A stretch of 54,549 nucleotides of DNA from Chiloscyllium plagiosum (lineage: Eukaryota), in assembly GCF_004010195.1 (NCBI RefSeq), contig NC_057758.1, positions 7,979,717-8,034,265 on the forward strand, read 5' to 3'. Positions 37,494 through 50,110 of this stretch are shown in pieces; position 1 is the stretch's first letter, and the number at the start of each line of letters is the position of its first letter. Position numbers and translations under genes: made by a program. The notes below the pieces were generated by a model. The model made no database searches, was not told the DNA's origin, and was given only the letters and a program-made list of their open reading frames with translations.

Positions 37494-38439
37494 AAAAAAA
37501 AAACTACCAACTTTAGTATCATCCACAAATTTACAAATCCATCCTTCAATGCCCTCATCCAGGCCATTTATATAAATGACAAACAGCAGTGGAACCAAAA
37601 CAGATCCTTGCGGTACACCACTAGTAACTGAACTCCAGGATGAACATTTCCCATCTACCATCACCCATCCCTTCTTTCATTTAGTCAATTTCTGATTCAA
37701 ACCACTAAATCACCCTCAATCCCACACTTCCATATTTTGTGCAATAGCCTCCTGTGGGGAACCTTATCAAATGCCAACTGCGTTTCCCTCATCCACCTGT
37801 TTGGTCACCTTCTGAAAGAACTCAATAAGGTTTGTGAGGCATGACCTATCCTTCACAAAATCGTGTTGACTATCCCTCATCAATTTATTATCTCTAGATG
37901 TTTATAAATCTCTTATAACCCTTTCCAACACTCGACCCACAACCAAAGTAAGGCTCACAGGTCTATAATTTCCAGGGTTGCCTCTACTCTCCTTTTTGAA
38001 CAAGGAAACACCATTTGCTAATTTCCAGTCTTCTGGCACTATTCCTATCGACAATGATGACGCAAAGATCAAAGCCAAAGGCTCGGTAATCTCCTCCCTG
38101 GCTTCCCAAAGAATCCTAGGGTAAATCCAATCTGGCCCAGGGGATTTATCCATTATTACATTTTCCAGAATTGCTAACACCTCCTCCTTATGCACCTCAA
38201 TCCCATCTAGTCTAGTAGCCTGTCCCTCAGTATTCTCCTTGACCACATTGTCTTTTTCTAGAGTGAATACTGATAAAAAGTATTCATTTAGCACTTCCCC
38301 TATCTCCTCGGACTCCATGCACAACGGCCCACTACTATGCTTGATTGGCCCTAATCTTACTTTAGTCATTCTTTTATTCCTGATATAGCTATAGAAAGCC
38401 TGAGGGTTTTCCTTGATCCTATCCGCCAATGACTTTTCA

Positions 38440-38915
38440 TGTTATTATAACAGTTTAACAAGTGGGAGTAACCATTTCTCCTAGTTCATTGTTTTCTGTT
38501 TATTTTTAGCTGTAGCAGTCACAAGATTTTGGAGTTCAGAAGGGTTGCACATTTCAGTGAAGGATTCCTAACTGACTCTCTATGAAATCCCTTCTGTCTG
38601 TAAGAATCTGTATTTGAATTTATCTTTTCCCAAGGGGTGTGTTTATGGGATGTTACTACATTGGAACAGTAAATTAGTTGTTATTGTATTGAATATTCAG
38701 TTAACTTTTCCAATAGTTAAGTTATTCTAAAGTCTGCTTTGTTTTGTGTTTTAATTGTAGTGTGTAAATAAATTGTTTTACTTGAAGCCGAGTGGTTTGA
38801 CCTGTAGCATCACACCTTGAATATTCACTTCACATCTGCCTCTAAAATAAAAAAAAATTAGGGTCGAGCCTATCTTCTTAAAATATTTTGAGGGGCTCTG
38901 CCTGGTGCATAGCAA
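38440..38915 (+). mobile_element. Probable solo or partial LTR (Gypsy-type)
   Basis: TG...CA-like ends, internal AATAAA, motif similarity to the LTR preceding the PBS at 13171; no TSD confirmed. Confidence 0.5.
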
Positions 38916-39749
38916 CAAGAATTGGTATTCTCTGTAATACAAATGGGGGCTGCTATCTTCGATAATATTCATAGAACATTTTATTCTACTTAATATACAG
39001 AGGAACTACTATTCAATATAATAGAACAGCTCTTCTATATAATGTACAGAGGAACTGCGATTGTCTCTAAAATATGCACAACCTGATGCTCCTCATACTA
39101 TACAAAGTGTCTCCAGCTCTACATAATATACATTGGGACTGATATTATCTGTAATATACATAGAGACTGATATTGTCTATAATTTATACAGGGACCGCTG
39201 TGCTCTCTTGTAAACACAGGAGCTCCTACTGTTTAATATAGACAGGGGCTGCTATTCTCTACAATGTAGATGATTTCTGTTATTTTCCATAATATACACA
39301 GATGCAGCTATTCTCTATAACACACACAAGGATTGCTAGTCACAATAATGGAAACAACTACAGCTATTCCCATTATACACAGAGGGAATGCAGTTTTGTA
39401 TGATGTACACAAGGACTGCTACTCTCTATAATATAGTTGCTATTCTCTATTATACACATAGTAAGTTCTATTCTTTATAGTTTAGACAGAGACTGCTATT
39501 CCCTATAATATAAATAGGGGCTGCTATTCTCTATGGTACAGACGGAAAGTTATATTCTATATAACATACAAGGACTGGTATTGTCTCAAATAGATTCATG
39601 AACTGATGTTCCCCATATTATACAAATGATCTAAGATTCTAATATACATAGGGACTGCTATACTATAAAATATAGACAACCACTGCTATTCTATATAATA
39701 TAGACAACTCTACAATATACACGGGGCTGCTATTCTCTATAACATACGA

Positions 39750-42200
39750 GGAGATTGAGTCGAGTATTATAAATCCGTGTGGTACCTGTCAAAGGCTTTG
39801 CTAAAGTCCACATAAACAAGGACTACGGCACTGCTCTCATCTAATTTCTTGGTCACCTCTTCAAGAAACTCAGCTATAGAGTCACACAGTTGTAGTGATG
39901 TAAAGCATGGAAACAGACCCTTCGGTCTAACTTGCCCCATGCCGACCAGATGTCCTAAATTAATCTGGTCCCATTTGCCATCATTTGGCCCATGGCCCTC
40001 TGAACACTGTCTATTCACATAGCCATCCAGATGCCTTTTAAATGTTGTAAGCAAGAATTCTACCTCTCATCCACTCGTGTCAGCACCCTGCCCACCCCCT
40101 CCACGTCCCCCCCCCACCCCCGCGCCCCCATATAATCCTGGCTGATCATTCAATTCACTACCTAGTTCCTGATTTCTACCTATATCCTTTGATCCCTTTA
40201 GCCTAAGAGCTATATCTAACTCCTTGAAAATATTCAATATTTTGACCTCAACCACTTTCTGCAGCAGACAATTCCACAGGCTCACCACTGTGAAGAAATT
40301 TCTTCTGATTTTACACCAAATGGTCTCCCCATGTCCTTACACAGTGGCCTCTGGTTCTGGACTCCCCAGTCATCAGGAACAGCCTTTCTATGACCACCTT
40401 GTAAAGTCTTGTTAGAACTTTCTAGGTTTCTGTGAGACTCCCCCTTCATTTTTCAAAATTCCTAACCGATCATGCGTTAGTCCTGCCATCCCAGGAAGCA
40501 GCCTGGTAAATCTTTGTTTCACTCTCTCCATAGCCAGAACATCCTCTCTCAGATAAGGAGACCGAAACCACACACAATACTCTAGGTGTGGTGTAACCAA
40601 GGCCTTGTACAATTGCAACAAGATATCTCCGCTCTGTGAGGACTTCGGATGCTGGAGATTGGAGTCAAGAGTGTGGTGCTGGAAAAGCACAGCAGGTCAG
40701 GCAATATCCGAGCAGCAGGCGAATTGATGTTTTGGGCATAAGTTGATGAAGAGCTTATGCCCGAAAAGTTGATTCTCCTGCTCCTTGGATGTTGCATGAC
40801 CTTCTGTGCTTTACCAGCACCACAATCTCGATCTCTGCTCCTGTACCTAGGAAGCTCCTGAATCCAGGCCCAGAGCCTGTACTCTTAGCAGTGGTCGGTG
40901 AGGGGGTGGCAGCAGCTGAGCTGGGGTACCCTGGGGCATTGATGTTGTCTTTGCAGTTCTTGGAATGGGACTTCTTGAGGACTTGAACACCTTGCAGAGA
41001 TCTTGCAGAAGCTCTGAAACCATGCTTGAGATCCCAGTTTGAACAAAAGATGAACACTTAAGTCATTTTTTTTACCCTAACTGTATGTCAAAATAGTGCC
41101 AGATTGTGGTGACAAAACACTTTTCACTGTAACTTCAAGATATATGTGACAACAAATCATTCATTCATCCTCAAAATCTCACACTATGAAGGCCAACATC
41201 TCATGTGCCTTCTTCACCACCTGCATGCTTACCTTCAGTGGCTGGTGTTCAAGGACACCCAGATCTTGCTGCACCTCCCTTTTCCAATCTATTGGCACTC
41301 AGCTAATAATTTGTATTTCTGTTTTGCTACTGGAATGGACAATCGTAAAGTTATCCACAATGTCTGTCATCTGCGATGGATTTGCCCATTCACTCAACTT
41401 GTCCAAATCACACCAACATACCTCTGCATCCTCCTCACAGCTCATGTTCCCACTCAGCTTTGTGTTAATCTGCAAACATGGAGATATTACATTTAGTTCC
41501 CTCATCTAAATTGTTAATATATATTGTGAATAATTGGTGTCCAAGCACTGATTCCTGCGGAATCTCACTAACACTCCCTGCCATCAGAAAAAGACTCATT
41601 TATCCCACTCTTTGTCTTCTATCTGTCAGCCAGTTCACTGTTCATGTCAGCACATTACCCCAATTCCATGCACTTTAATTTCACACATTGATCTCGTATG
41701 TGAAACCTGATCAAAAGCCTTCCGAAAGTCCAAGTAAACCACATCCAAGAGCTTTCCCTTATCAACTCGATTAGTTACATCATCAAAACATTCCAATAAA
41801 TTTGTCAAGCACAAATTCTCTTTTGTAAATCCATGCTGGCTGTCTCTAATTCTGCCACTGTTTTCCAAGTGCTCTGCTATTAAATCTTTTACAATGGACT
41901 ATAGCATTTTCCTTACTACAGATGTCAGGCTAACCAGTCTATAATTCACTATTCTTTTTCTCGATCTTTTTTAAATAAATCCAAGGAATTGTTATAGAGT
42001 CGATAGAATCTTGAAAGATAATCATCAATGCATTCATTAATTCTAGGAACACTTTCTTAAGCATCTGGGATGTAGCTTGGTTATCAGGCCTGGGGACTTA
42101 GTGATTTATAATCCCATCAATTTCCCCAATATCATTGTGTCACCTACAAACTTGGTGATATTATATTTAGTTCCTTCACCTAAATCATTAATATATATTG
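39750..42200 (-). mobile_element. Cluster of minus-strand CR1/HER1 fragments with nested inserts at ~40630-41165
   Basis: YVDFSKAFDR; FKRHLDGYVNR; HLEYCVWFRSPYLRED; SQHGFTKENLCLTNLLE..VVYLDFRKAFDQV. Confidence 0.85.
40660..40835. mobile_element. Palindromic Penelope-derived element (related to 25248-25498)
   Basis: tgtggtgctggaaaagcacagcaggtcaggcaat...gttgcatgaccttctgtgctttaccagcaccaca; central ttgatgaagagcttatgcccgaaa (decayed hammerhead core). Confidence 0.75.
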
Positions 42201-42209
42201 TGAGTAGTG

Positions 42210-42965
42210 ATTTTTGAGGAGATTTGTAGCTCAGGTTGAGGATAAGGGTGTAAGTTAGCTCGCTGAGCTGGATGATTTGTTTTCAGACATTTCATCACCA
42301 CACTAGGTAACATCATCAGTGAGAGTCTCTGGTGAAGCGCTAGTGGTATGTCCCACCTCTCCAGGTCTTGGCTTCTTTGGTGGGTTCTGTCATTTCCGGT
42401 TCATTTTTTCAAAGGAAGGTAGGTAGGATCTAAACTGATGTGATTATTGATGGAGTTTTGGTTGGAGGGCCGTGCCTCTAAGAATTCTTGTATGTGTCTT
42501 TGTATTGCCTGTCTTAGGATGTGTGTGTTGTCCCAGTCAAAGTGGTGTCCTTCTTTGTCTGTATGTATGGAAACTAGTGATAGTGGGTTGTGTCTTTTGC
42601 TGACTAGTTGGTGTACAAGTTTCCTGGTGGCAAGTTTCCTGCTTGTTTGTCTGATGTAGTGTTTTTATACAGTTCTTGCATGGTATCTTGTAAATGAAAT
42701 TGGAATTGCTGGTAGTATCTAATGGATCCTTTAGGTTCATTAGTCAGTGTTGGTAGGTTTGTGGTCTACCATGATGCCAAGGGGTCTGAGTAGTCTGGAT
42801 GTCTTTTCTGATATCTCTTTGATGTAAGGTAATGTGGCTACAGTTTTTGGTTGCGTTGTGTCTGCTTGTTTGGGTTAGTTTCTGAGGAATTGGAGGTTTG
42901 TGTTTATTAGGTATGCTATTGTTCTTGAAAACATTGTATAGATATTTTTCTTCTGCTTTTTGTAG
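42210..42965 (-). mobile_element. Penelope-like element 3' part (GIY-YIG endonuclease and pLTR)
   Basis: NLKDPLDTTSNSNFIYKIPCKNC on the minus strand; ctgatgatgttacctagtgtggtgatgaaatgtc hammerhead-like core. Confidence 0.85.
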
Positions 42966-42969
42966 TTAT

Positions 42970-43468
42970 ACAGTCATAGAGTCATAGAGATGTACAGTAC
43001 GGAAACAGATGCTTCGGTCCAACTTGACAATGGCAACCAGATATCCCAACCCAATCTAGTTCCACCTGCCAGCACCCGACCCATATCCCTCCAAATCCTT
43101 CCTACTCACATACCCATCCAGATGCCTTTTAAATGTTGCAATTGTACCAGCCTCCACCACTTCCTCTGGAAGCTCATTCCATGCACGTACCACCCTCTGC
43201 ATGAAAAAGTTGCCCCCACCCCAGGGAAAGAGACTTTGTCTATTTATCCTATCTATGCCCCTCATGATTTTATCAACCGCTATAAGGTCACCCCTCAGCC
43301 TCCGATTCTCCAGGGAAAACAGCCCCAGCGTATTCAACCTCTCCCAATAGCTCAAATCCTCCAACCCTGGCCACATCCTTGTAAATCTTTTCTGAACCTT
43401 TTCAAGTTTCACAACATCTTTCTGATAGGAGGGAGACCAGAATTGCACACAATATTCCAACAGTGGCA
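42970..43468 (-). mobile_element. HER1/CR1 3' fragment
   Basis: LLEYCVQFWSPSYQKDVVKLEKVQKRFTRM..FKRHLDGYV; (CTATGACT)n tail. Confidence 0.9.
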
Positions 43469-43469
43469 T

Positions 43470-44020
43470 CAGCCTCAGACCCCTTGGCATCATGATAGTC
43501 CAAAAGCCTACCACCACACTTAAACAGTGACTAATGCACCTAAAAGATCCATTAGACACTACGAGCAAAATGAACGTCATTTACAAAATACCATGCAAGA
43601 ACTGTAAAAAAAATTACATAGGGCAAACTAGCAGGAAACTTGCCATCAGGATACATGAACACCAACCAGCCACCAAAAGACATGAGCCACTATCACTAGT
43701 TTCTATGCATACAGACAAACAAGGACACACTTTGACTGGGACAACACACACATCCTAGAACAGGTGAAACAAAGACATGCACGAGAATTCTTAGAGGCAT
43801 GGCATTCTAACCAGAACTCCATCAGTAAACACATCAATTTAGATCCTATCCACCTCTCCTTGAAATAAACTACCAGAAATGACATCACCCACCTTAAGAA
43901 ACCAAGACCTATAAATAGAGAGGTGGGACATATCACCATAGACTCTCACTGATGATCTTACCTAGTATGATGACGAAACGTCTGAAAACAAACCTTCAAA
44001 CTCAGTGAGCTAACTTATAT
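43470..44020 (+). mobile_element. Penelope-like element 3' part (GIY-YIG and pLTR), inverted relative to 42210-42965
   Basis: NVIYKIPCKNCKKNYIGQTSRKLAIRIHEHQ (GIY-YIG); ctgatgatcttacctagtatgatgacgaaacgtc hammerhead-like core at 43949-43982. Confidence 0.88.
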
Positions 44021-44039
44021 ACATATATTGTGAATATTG

Positions 44040-44925
44040 ATTTCCTTCAGTTTTTCGTGAGACATGGTTTCCCATGCACACTATCTCAATTGAGTCCTTG
44101 CCTCTCCAAATGCCTGTAGATTCTGTCCGCCAGAATCCCCTCTAACAACTTACCCACCAGGAACATTATGTCTGTAATTCCCAAGCATTTCCCTGCAGCC
44201 TTTCTTAAATAATGGAACAACATTAGCCACCCTCCAAACGTAGCTGTCAATGATACAAATATTTCTGCTCGTGGCCCCGTAATTTCCTCCCTAACCTCCC
44301 ACAAAGTCCTGGGATACACTTCATCAGGTATTGGGCATTTACCTAACTTTTTGCATCTTAAAACTTCCAGCACCTCCTCTTCTGTAATGTGGACACACTT
44401 CAATACATCAATATTTATTTCCCAAGTTCCCTAGCATCCATACTTTTCTCAATGGTAAATACTGACAAGAAATATTCATTTCGGATTTCACCCATCTCTT
44501 GTGGCTCTGCACATAGATGACCTTGTTGATCTTTTAGAGGCCCTATTCTCTCCCTGGTTACTTCTTTACCCTTTGTGTACTTGTAGAATCTCTTTGGATT
44601 CTCCTTTACCTTATCTGCCAAAGCCATCTTGTGTCCTTTTTAACCTTCCTGATTTCTCTCTTAAATGTGCTCCAATATCCTCTATACTCCTCAAGGAATT
44701 CACTCAATCCCAGCTGCCTATACACGTCATATGCCTCTGTCTTTTTCAAGACCAGGGCATCAATAGCTCTGGTCATCCTGTGCTCTCTACTCCTGCCAGC
44801 CTTACCGTTCACTCACAGGAACATGCTAGCCCCGAACCCTCATTAACTCCCTTTTGAAAGCCTCCCTGTTACTAGGCGTCCCTTTGCCTGCAAACAGCCT
44901 CCTCCAATCAACTCTTGAAAGTTTC
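44040..44925 (-). mobile_element. CR1 ORF2 middle fragment
   Basis: ALADKVKENPKRFYKY..IGPLKD; PDEVYPRTLWEVREEI. Confidence 0.85.
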
Positions 44926-45534
44926 TAAGTCTAAGGTCTTCACCTGACAAAGGAGCAATGCTCTGAAAGCTTGTGATTTCAATTAAACCTATTGGACTAT
45001 AACCTGGTGTCATGTGACTTCTGACTTTGTCTCTATTATAAACACAGGCACTACTAATCTCTATAATAATTGCAGGAATATCCTAAAGTATCTGTATCAA
45101 AGATACTCTGTGCCAAAGATGGCGCTAAGAAGTGACATTACAAACTTTTCACTGCTCTCATTTGAGTGCATATACCAATAAAGGCTATTCTAAATTCTAT
45201 TCCAGATTCTAGGAATTGCAATTATCTATAAACATATAGTAAGATCTAATTTCTGTATTGTACACAGGGATTTTTTTTTTATATTACAGTGGGCTGCTTT
45301 TCAATATGATATAGACAGGGACTACTATTCTCTATGATATATTCAGGAAATTCTGTTCTCTATAATAATCACAGGGAATGCTTAACCCTATAATATGAAT
45401 AGGGACTGCTATTCCCTGTATTATAGACAGCTACTGTTATTCTCTATAATATACAGAGGCTGCAATTGTCCATGATACACACAAGAAGTTTTGTTTGTTA
45501 CAAATACACTTGCACTCCTATTCTATATCATAGG

Positions 45535-45800
45535 GATGGACAGGATTCCAGCAGAGATTTTTAAACTTGGAGGGGTAGCGTTTACCCATCTCCATCAACT
45601 GTTCTTGGAAATCTAGGACAAAGAAGAAATCACTGCCAATCTCAGGGATGCTGCCATTGCCATTGTCATCAAGTAATGAGACAAAGTAGACTGTGGAAAC
45701 TACCGAGGACTCTCCTGCTCTCTATCACCCAAAGCACCGATCTGAATCCATGATAGCCGCCTTTTCCCAGTCTCCCAAAAAATTCATCCTGAAAACTAGT
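45535..45800 (+). mobile_element. RTE-clade LINE RT fragment
   Basis: DRIPAEIFKLGG..LRDAAIAIVIK*..DKVDCGNYRGLS, an RTE/BovB-type pre-RT motif. Confidence 0.7.
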
Positions 45801-45981
45801 TTCCTTTCATTTTCTCTTAATATATGCAGGCCTTCCTCTTCTTCCTAATTGACAGAGGAGATCCTATTCTCTACAATATGTTTTCAAAACGTTTCTTGAG
45901 CTTCAATGATTGAAACAATTGCTCAATCAACACTTCTTTCTTCTTTTGCAAATTCTTCAAATGTCTAACTTATTTTGTTGC

Positions 45982-46294
45982 TTAGATTAGATTGCATTAC
46001 AGTGTGGAAACAGGCCCTTTGGCCCAACAAGTCACACCGACCCACCGAAGCGCAACCCACCCATACCCTTACATTTACCCCTAACCTAACACTACGGACA
46101 ATTTAGCATGGCCAATTCACCTGACCTGCACATCTTTGGACTGTGGGAGGAAACCGGAGCACCCGGAGGAAGCCCACGCAGACAATGGGGAAAATGTGCA
46201 AACTCCACACAATCAGTCGCCTGAGGCGGGAATTGAACCCGGGTCTCTGGCGCTGTGAGGCGGCAGTGCTAACCACTGTGCCACTGTGCCACCC
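45982..46294 (-). mobile_element. Full-length HE1-type V-SINE
   Basis: A and B boxes, V-domain and tail on the minus strand. Confidence 0.92.
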
Positions 46295-47197
46295 ACAAAT
46301 CGAGAAACATCATGTACAACTTCATAAGGATTGAGCAGTGATCCTTTAATGCCTCCAAAGTCTGTGTTTTGGTTTTCTGACAAACTGGTATGCACATTCC
46401 ATAGCAGTACCCACCAAGACACTGTAACAGTAAATTCCAAATATCTTTCTGCCACTTCATCCTCAAAGATGCCTCTTCAAATGAGTCAAAGTGTCTTCTA
46501 ACTCCATCCTTTGTAAATTAAAGCACAAAGTTCAAATTTTTGATTAAATCATATATCACATTGGAATCAGAATCATCCTCTGAGCTATTAACTCTCTTCA
46601 TTTACCCCAACCGTTGTGAAATTCTGCAGTGCAGTTTGTGTATGTGGTACCAATCAAGTGGTCTGCTTTGTCCTCAATGGTGTCACACTTCTTGAGTGTT
46701 AAGGAGCTGCACCCTTCCAGACAAGTGGGGATTATTCCATCACACTCCTGACTTGAGCCTTATAGATGGTGGACAGGCTTTGGGGAGTCAGGAAGTGATT
46801 TACTAACTTATTGCTATAATCCTAGCCTCTGACCTGCTCTTGTAGCACCTATGTTTGTGTGATAAGTCTAGTTGAGTTGCTGGTTAATGATAACCCAAAG
46901 GATGTTGATAGTGAGGGATTCAGTAATGGTAATGCTATTGAATGTCAAGGGATGGTGGCTAGATTATCTCTTACATGAGAGGCATGGCATGAATGTTACT
47001 TGTCACATGTCACCCCCGAGGGATTTGACTGTCCCTAATTGCTTTTCCAAATGCACATAAATCCTAACCCTAAGAATTCTCACCAATAGCTTCCCGACCA
47101 CTGATGTGAGACTCACTGGTCTATAATTTCCTGGCTTATCCCTATTTCCTTCCTTGAACAGAGGAACAACATTAACTACTCACCAATCATCTGGGAC

Positions 47198-47788
47198 CTG
47201 GCAGGAAGAGTTTAATTCAGATAAATGCGAGGTGCTGCATTTTGGGAAAGCAAATCTTAGCAGGACTTATACACTTAATGATAAGGTCCTGGGGAGTGTT
47301 GCTGAACAAAGAGACCTTGGAGTGCAGGTTCATAGCTCCTTGAAAGTGTAGTCGCAGATAGATAGGATAGTGAAGAAGGTGTTTGGTATGCTTTCCTTTA
47401 TTAGTCAGAGTATTGAGNNNNNNNNNNNNNNNNGAAGGACATGGATAGGGTAAATAGGCAAAGTCTTTTCCCAGGGATTGGGGAGTCCAGAACTAGAGGG
47501 CATAGGTTTAGGGTGAGAGGGGAAAGGTATAAAAGAGACCTAAGGGGCAACTGTTTCACACTGAGGGTGTTACATGTATGGAATGAGCTACCAGAGGAAG
47601 TGGTGGAGGCTGGTAAAATTGCAACATTTAAGAGGCATCTGGATGGGTATATGAATAGGAAGGGTTTGGAGGGATACGGGCCAGATGCAGGCAGGTGGGT
47701 CTAAATTGTGTTGAGATATCTGGTCAGCATGGACGGGTTGGACCGAAGGGTCTGTTTCCATACTGTATATTTCTATGACTCTATGACC
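47198..47788 (+). mobile_element. HER1/CR1 3' fragment containing a 16-N gap (47418-47433)
   Basis: FNSDKCEVLHFGKAN..QRDLGVQVHSSLKV; VWNELPEEVVEA..FKRHLDGYMNR. Confidence 0.9.
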
Positions 47789-47869
47789 TCTCCAGTGGCT
47801 TGATCTTGATCAAGGGTCCAGCAATCTCCTCTCTTGCCTCTCTCAATAACCTGGGGGCAATCATGGATA

Positions 47870-50110
47870 GGCCTGATGCCGGAGTGAAATCTGATTTGAC
47901 AGATCATAAGTTTATTTTTGTGGTTTAGTCAGGTGGTGATCGGGAACTTAACATATTCATAAAGGTTATCAGCGCTGGGGAAAGTGGAGTATCATGCTGG
48001 AACCAATGTTTTCGAGGTAGGGAGGGTTTTAACAAAGCAATGAGATAGTGTCAAGCCAGGAAAACAATATGCCAATATGGGAAGTAAAAGTTAGAGAAGA
48101 TGGGAAGGGACACAGAGAATACACAATAATCAATGTTACAAAGATAGGGAAAAAAAACACAAAACTAATGGCTCTGTATTTGAATGTAAATAGCATTTAT
48201 AACAAAGTAAACAAGTGTACTTTGAAGTAAATAAATTGGATCCAATAACCATTACAGAGACATGGCTACAAATGACAGGATTGGGTCCCGAAGATTGAGG
48301 AATATCTGACATTGAAGAAGAATAGGAAACTAGGTAAAGGCAGAGAAGCAGCAGTGTGAATCAGGAATGGCATTGGTGCCATAGTTAGAGATAACCTTGT
48401 TAAGGAGATCAGGGTTTAGGTGGACATGAGGAATAGCAAGGGAAAGAAGTCTGTACTTGGGATGATGTAAGGTCCCCTGACAGTAACCACAATGTGGGAC
48501 AATGGAGACAAAAAGAAATATTGGGTGTTTGTGATAGAGGGACCACAATAATAACTGGAAAAATCAGATGACACTGATAGACTGGATGAGGTTTTCCCTG
48601 ATTCTCTAACTCTGTTTTTAATCAGAAAGGGAATGAAAGGTTACGGGGAAAAGCTGGGAAAGTGAAAGTCATGGATTATCAGACCATGATGGAGCAGACT
48701 TGCTAAGCTCAATAGCTTACTTCTGTTCTTATGTCTAGTGGTCTTAAACAGAGCAGCACATTCTGGAACCAACCATAGTGCAGGTTTTACTCTACTTGGT
48801 ATTGTGTAACGTGACAGTCCTAAATAATTACCTCAAAGTAAAAGCACCTCCAGGTAACAGCATGATTGAATTTTACTTTCAGTTTGAGTGGGAGGAGTGG
48901 TTCTAAGACTATTATTTTAAACTTAAATGAAGAAGTGAAAGCCAAACCAGCTGAAATGAAGCAAGATAAAGGGCTGCAGATGCATCAACAGCGATGCAAT
49001 GGCAGACACATAAGTGGATATTTCAGAACACTCAAAATGTTGCAACTATAAAGAAAGATTCTGAGGAGATGACTCGTCATCTGTGATTAACTAAAGAAAT
49101 TAAGGAAAGCATTAAACTTAAATCATATAATTGACGAAAGCTGACCAGCTGATCGAATTATTTTTAGATTAGATTGCCTAAAGTGAGGAAACAGGCCATT
49201 TGGCCCAACTAGTCCACACAGACCCTCCGAAGAGTAACCCACCCAGCCCCAATCCCTTATCCAATATTTACCCCAGACTCATGCATGATTGGACAGAATA
49301 TAAAGAATGGCAGAGGAAGGGTTAATCAGGAGAAATAAATTAGACTATGAAACGAAGCTAGCTAGGAATGTAAAAACAGACAGCAAGAGTTTCTATAGAT
49401 ATTTATAATGGAAAAGAGCAAGTAAAGTGAGTGTTTGTCCTGTAAAGAGTGAGAATAGGGATTCAATAGTAGATAATAATGAATAAAATTAACCAATACT
49501 TTATTTCTATCTTTGTTATAGAAACAAATCCCCATAATGGCTATAATTCAGGAGGGTGGAAGGGAGAGAAGAATTGGTTAGATTATAATCACGAGAAAAG
49601 TCATACTGAGCAAACTGATGGAGTTGTGGGCTAACAGCTTCCTGGGTACTGATTGACTTCGCACTCGGGTCTTGAGGTTGTGGCTAAAAGTTGCATTTTA
49701 TGGAAAGGTTCCATCCGTCTAAAAGACAGCAAATCAAAAGTGACTTGATTGAGTGGTTAAAATCCTGAATGGTCTTTACAAGGTGGAAGAGGTAATGGTG
49801 TTTCTTCTTGTGAATCAATCCAGAAATTAGGGGGCACGGTTTTAAAATTAGCCAGTGTCTTTTTAGGACAGAGATGAGATGAAATTCTTTCTTTCACAAG
49901 CCTGTGGAACTTTGAAACTGTTTTTCTCAGAAGGTAGTGGATGTGGGATCAATGAATATTTTTAAGATGGGTTGATTTTTGTTAGACAAGGCAATCAAAG
50001 GTGTTCGGGGTAGATGGGAATGTGGAATTCAAAACAAAAACCAATTAGCCATGATCTTTTTGAATGGCAGAGTAGATTTGAGGGGCCATTTCTGCTCCTG
50101 GTTTATATGT
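47870..50110 (+). mobile_element. Old, fragmented CR1 (APE region to 3' tail) with small nested inserts
   Basis: LMALYLNVNSIYNKV and ITETWL APE motifs; KLARNVKTDSKSFYRY; 3' tail ttctgctcctggtttatatg. Confidence 0.7.

Larger units (their letters stand above)
35947..38440 (-). mobile_element. CR1 LINE ORF2 (RT) 3' portion, interrupted by two HE1 SINEs
   Basis: DKSPGPDWIYPRILWEAREEI..GNYRPVSLT (37902-38429); ERVQRRFTRMLPGME..RLRGDLIETYKI (36211-36420). Confidence 0.9.
33480..45880. repeat. Degenerate ~28-bp minisatellite (consensus ~GGGACTGCTATTCTCTATAATATACACA) split into blocks by TE insertions
   Basis: Blocks at ~33610-34105, 34392-34920, 35750-35880, 38920-39750 and 45030-45530; near-perfect units at 34566-34685. 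Confidence 0.9.

Noticed and set aside
33480..39750. Regularly spaced ~28-bp repeats superficially like a CRISPR array
   Set aside because: Units are head-to-tail with no unique spacers, there are no cas genes and the context is eukaryotic
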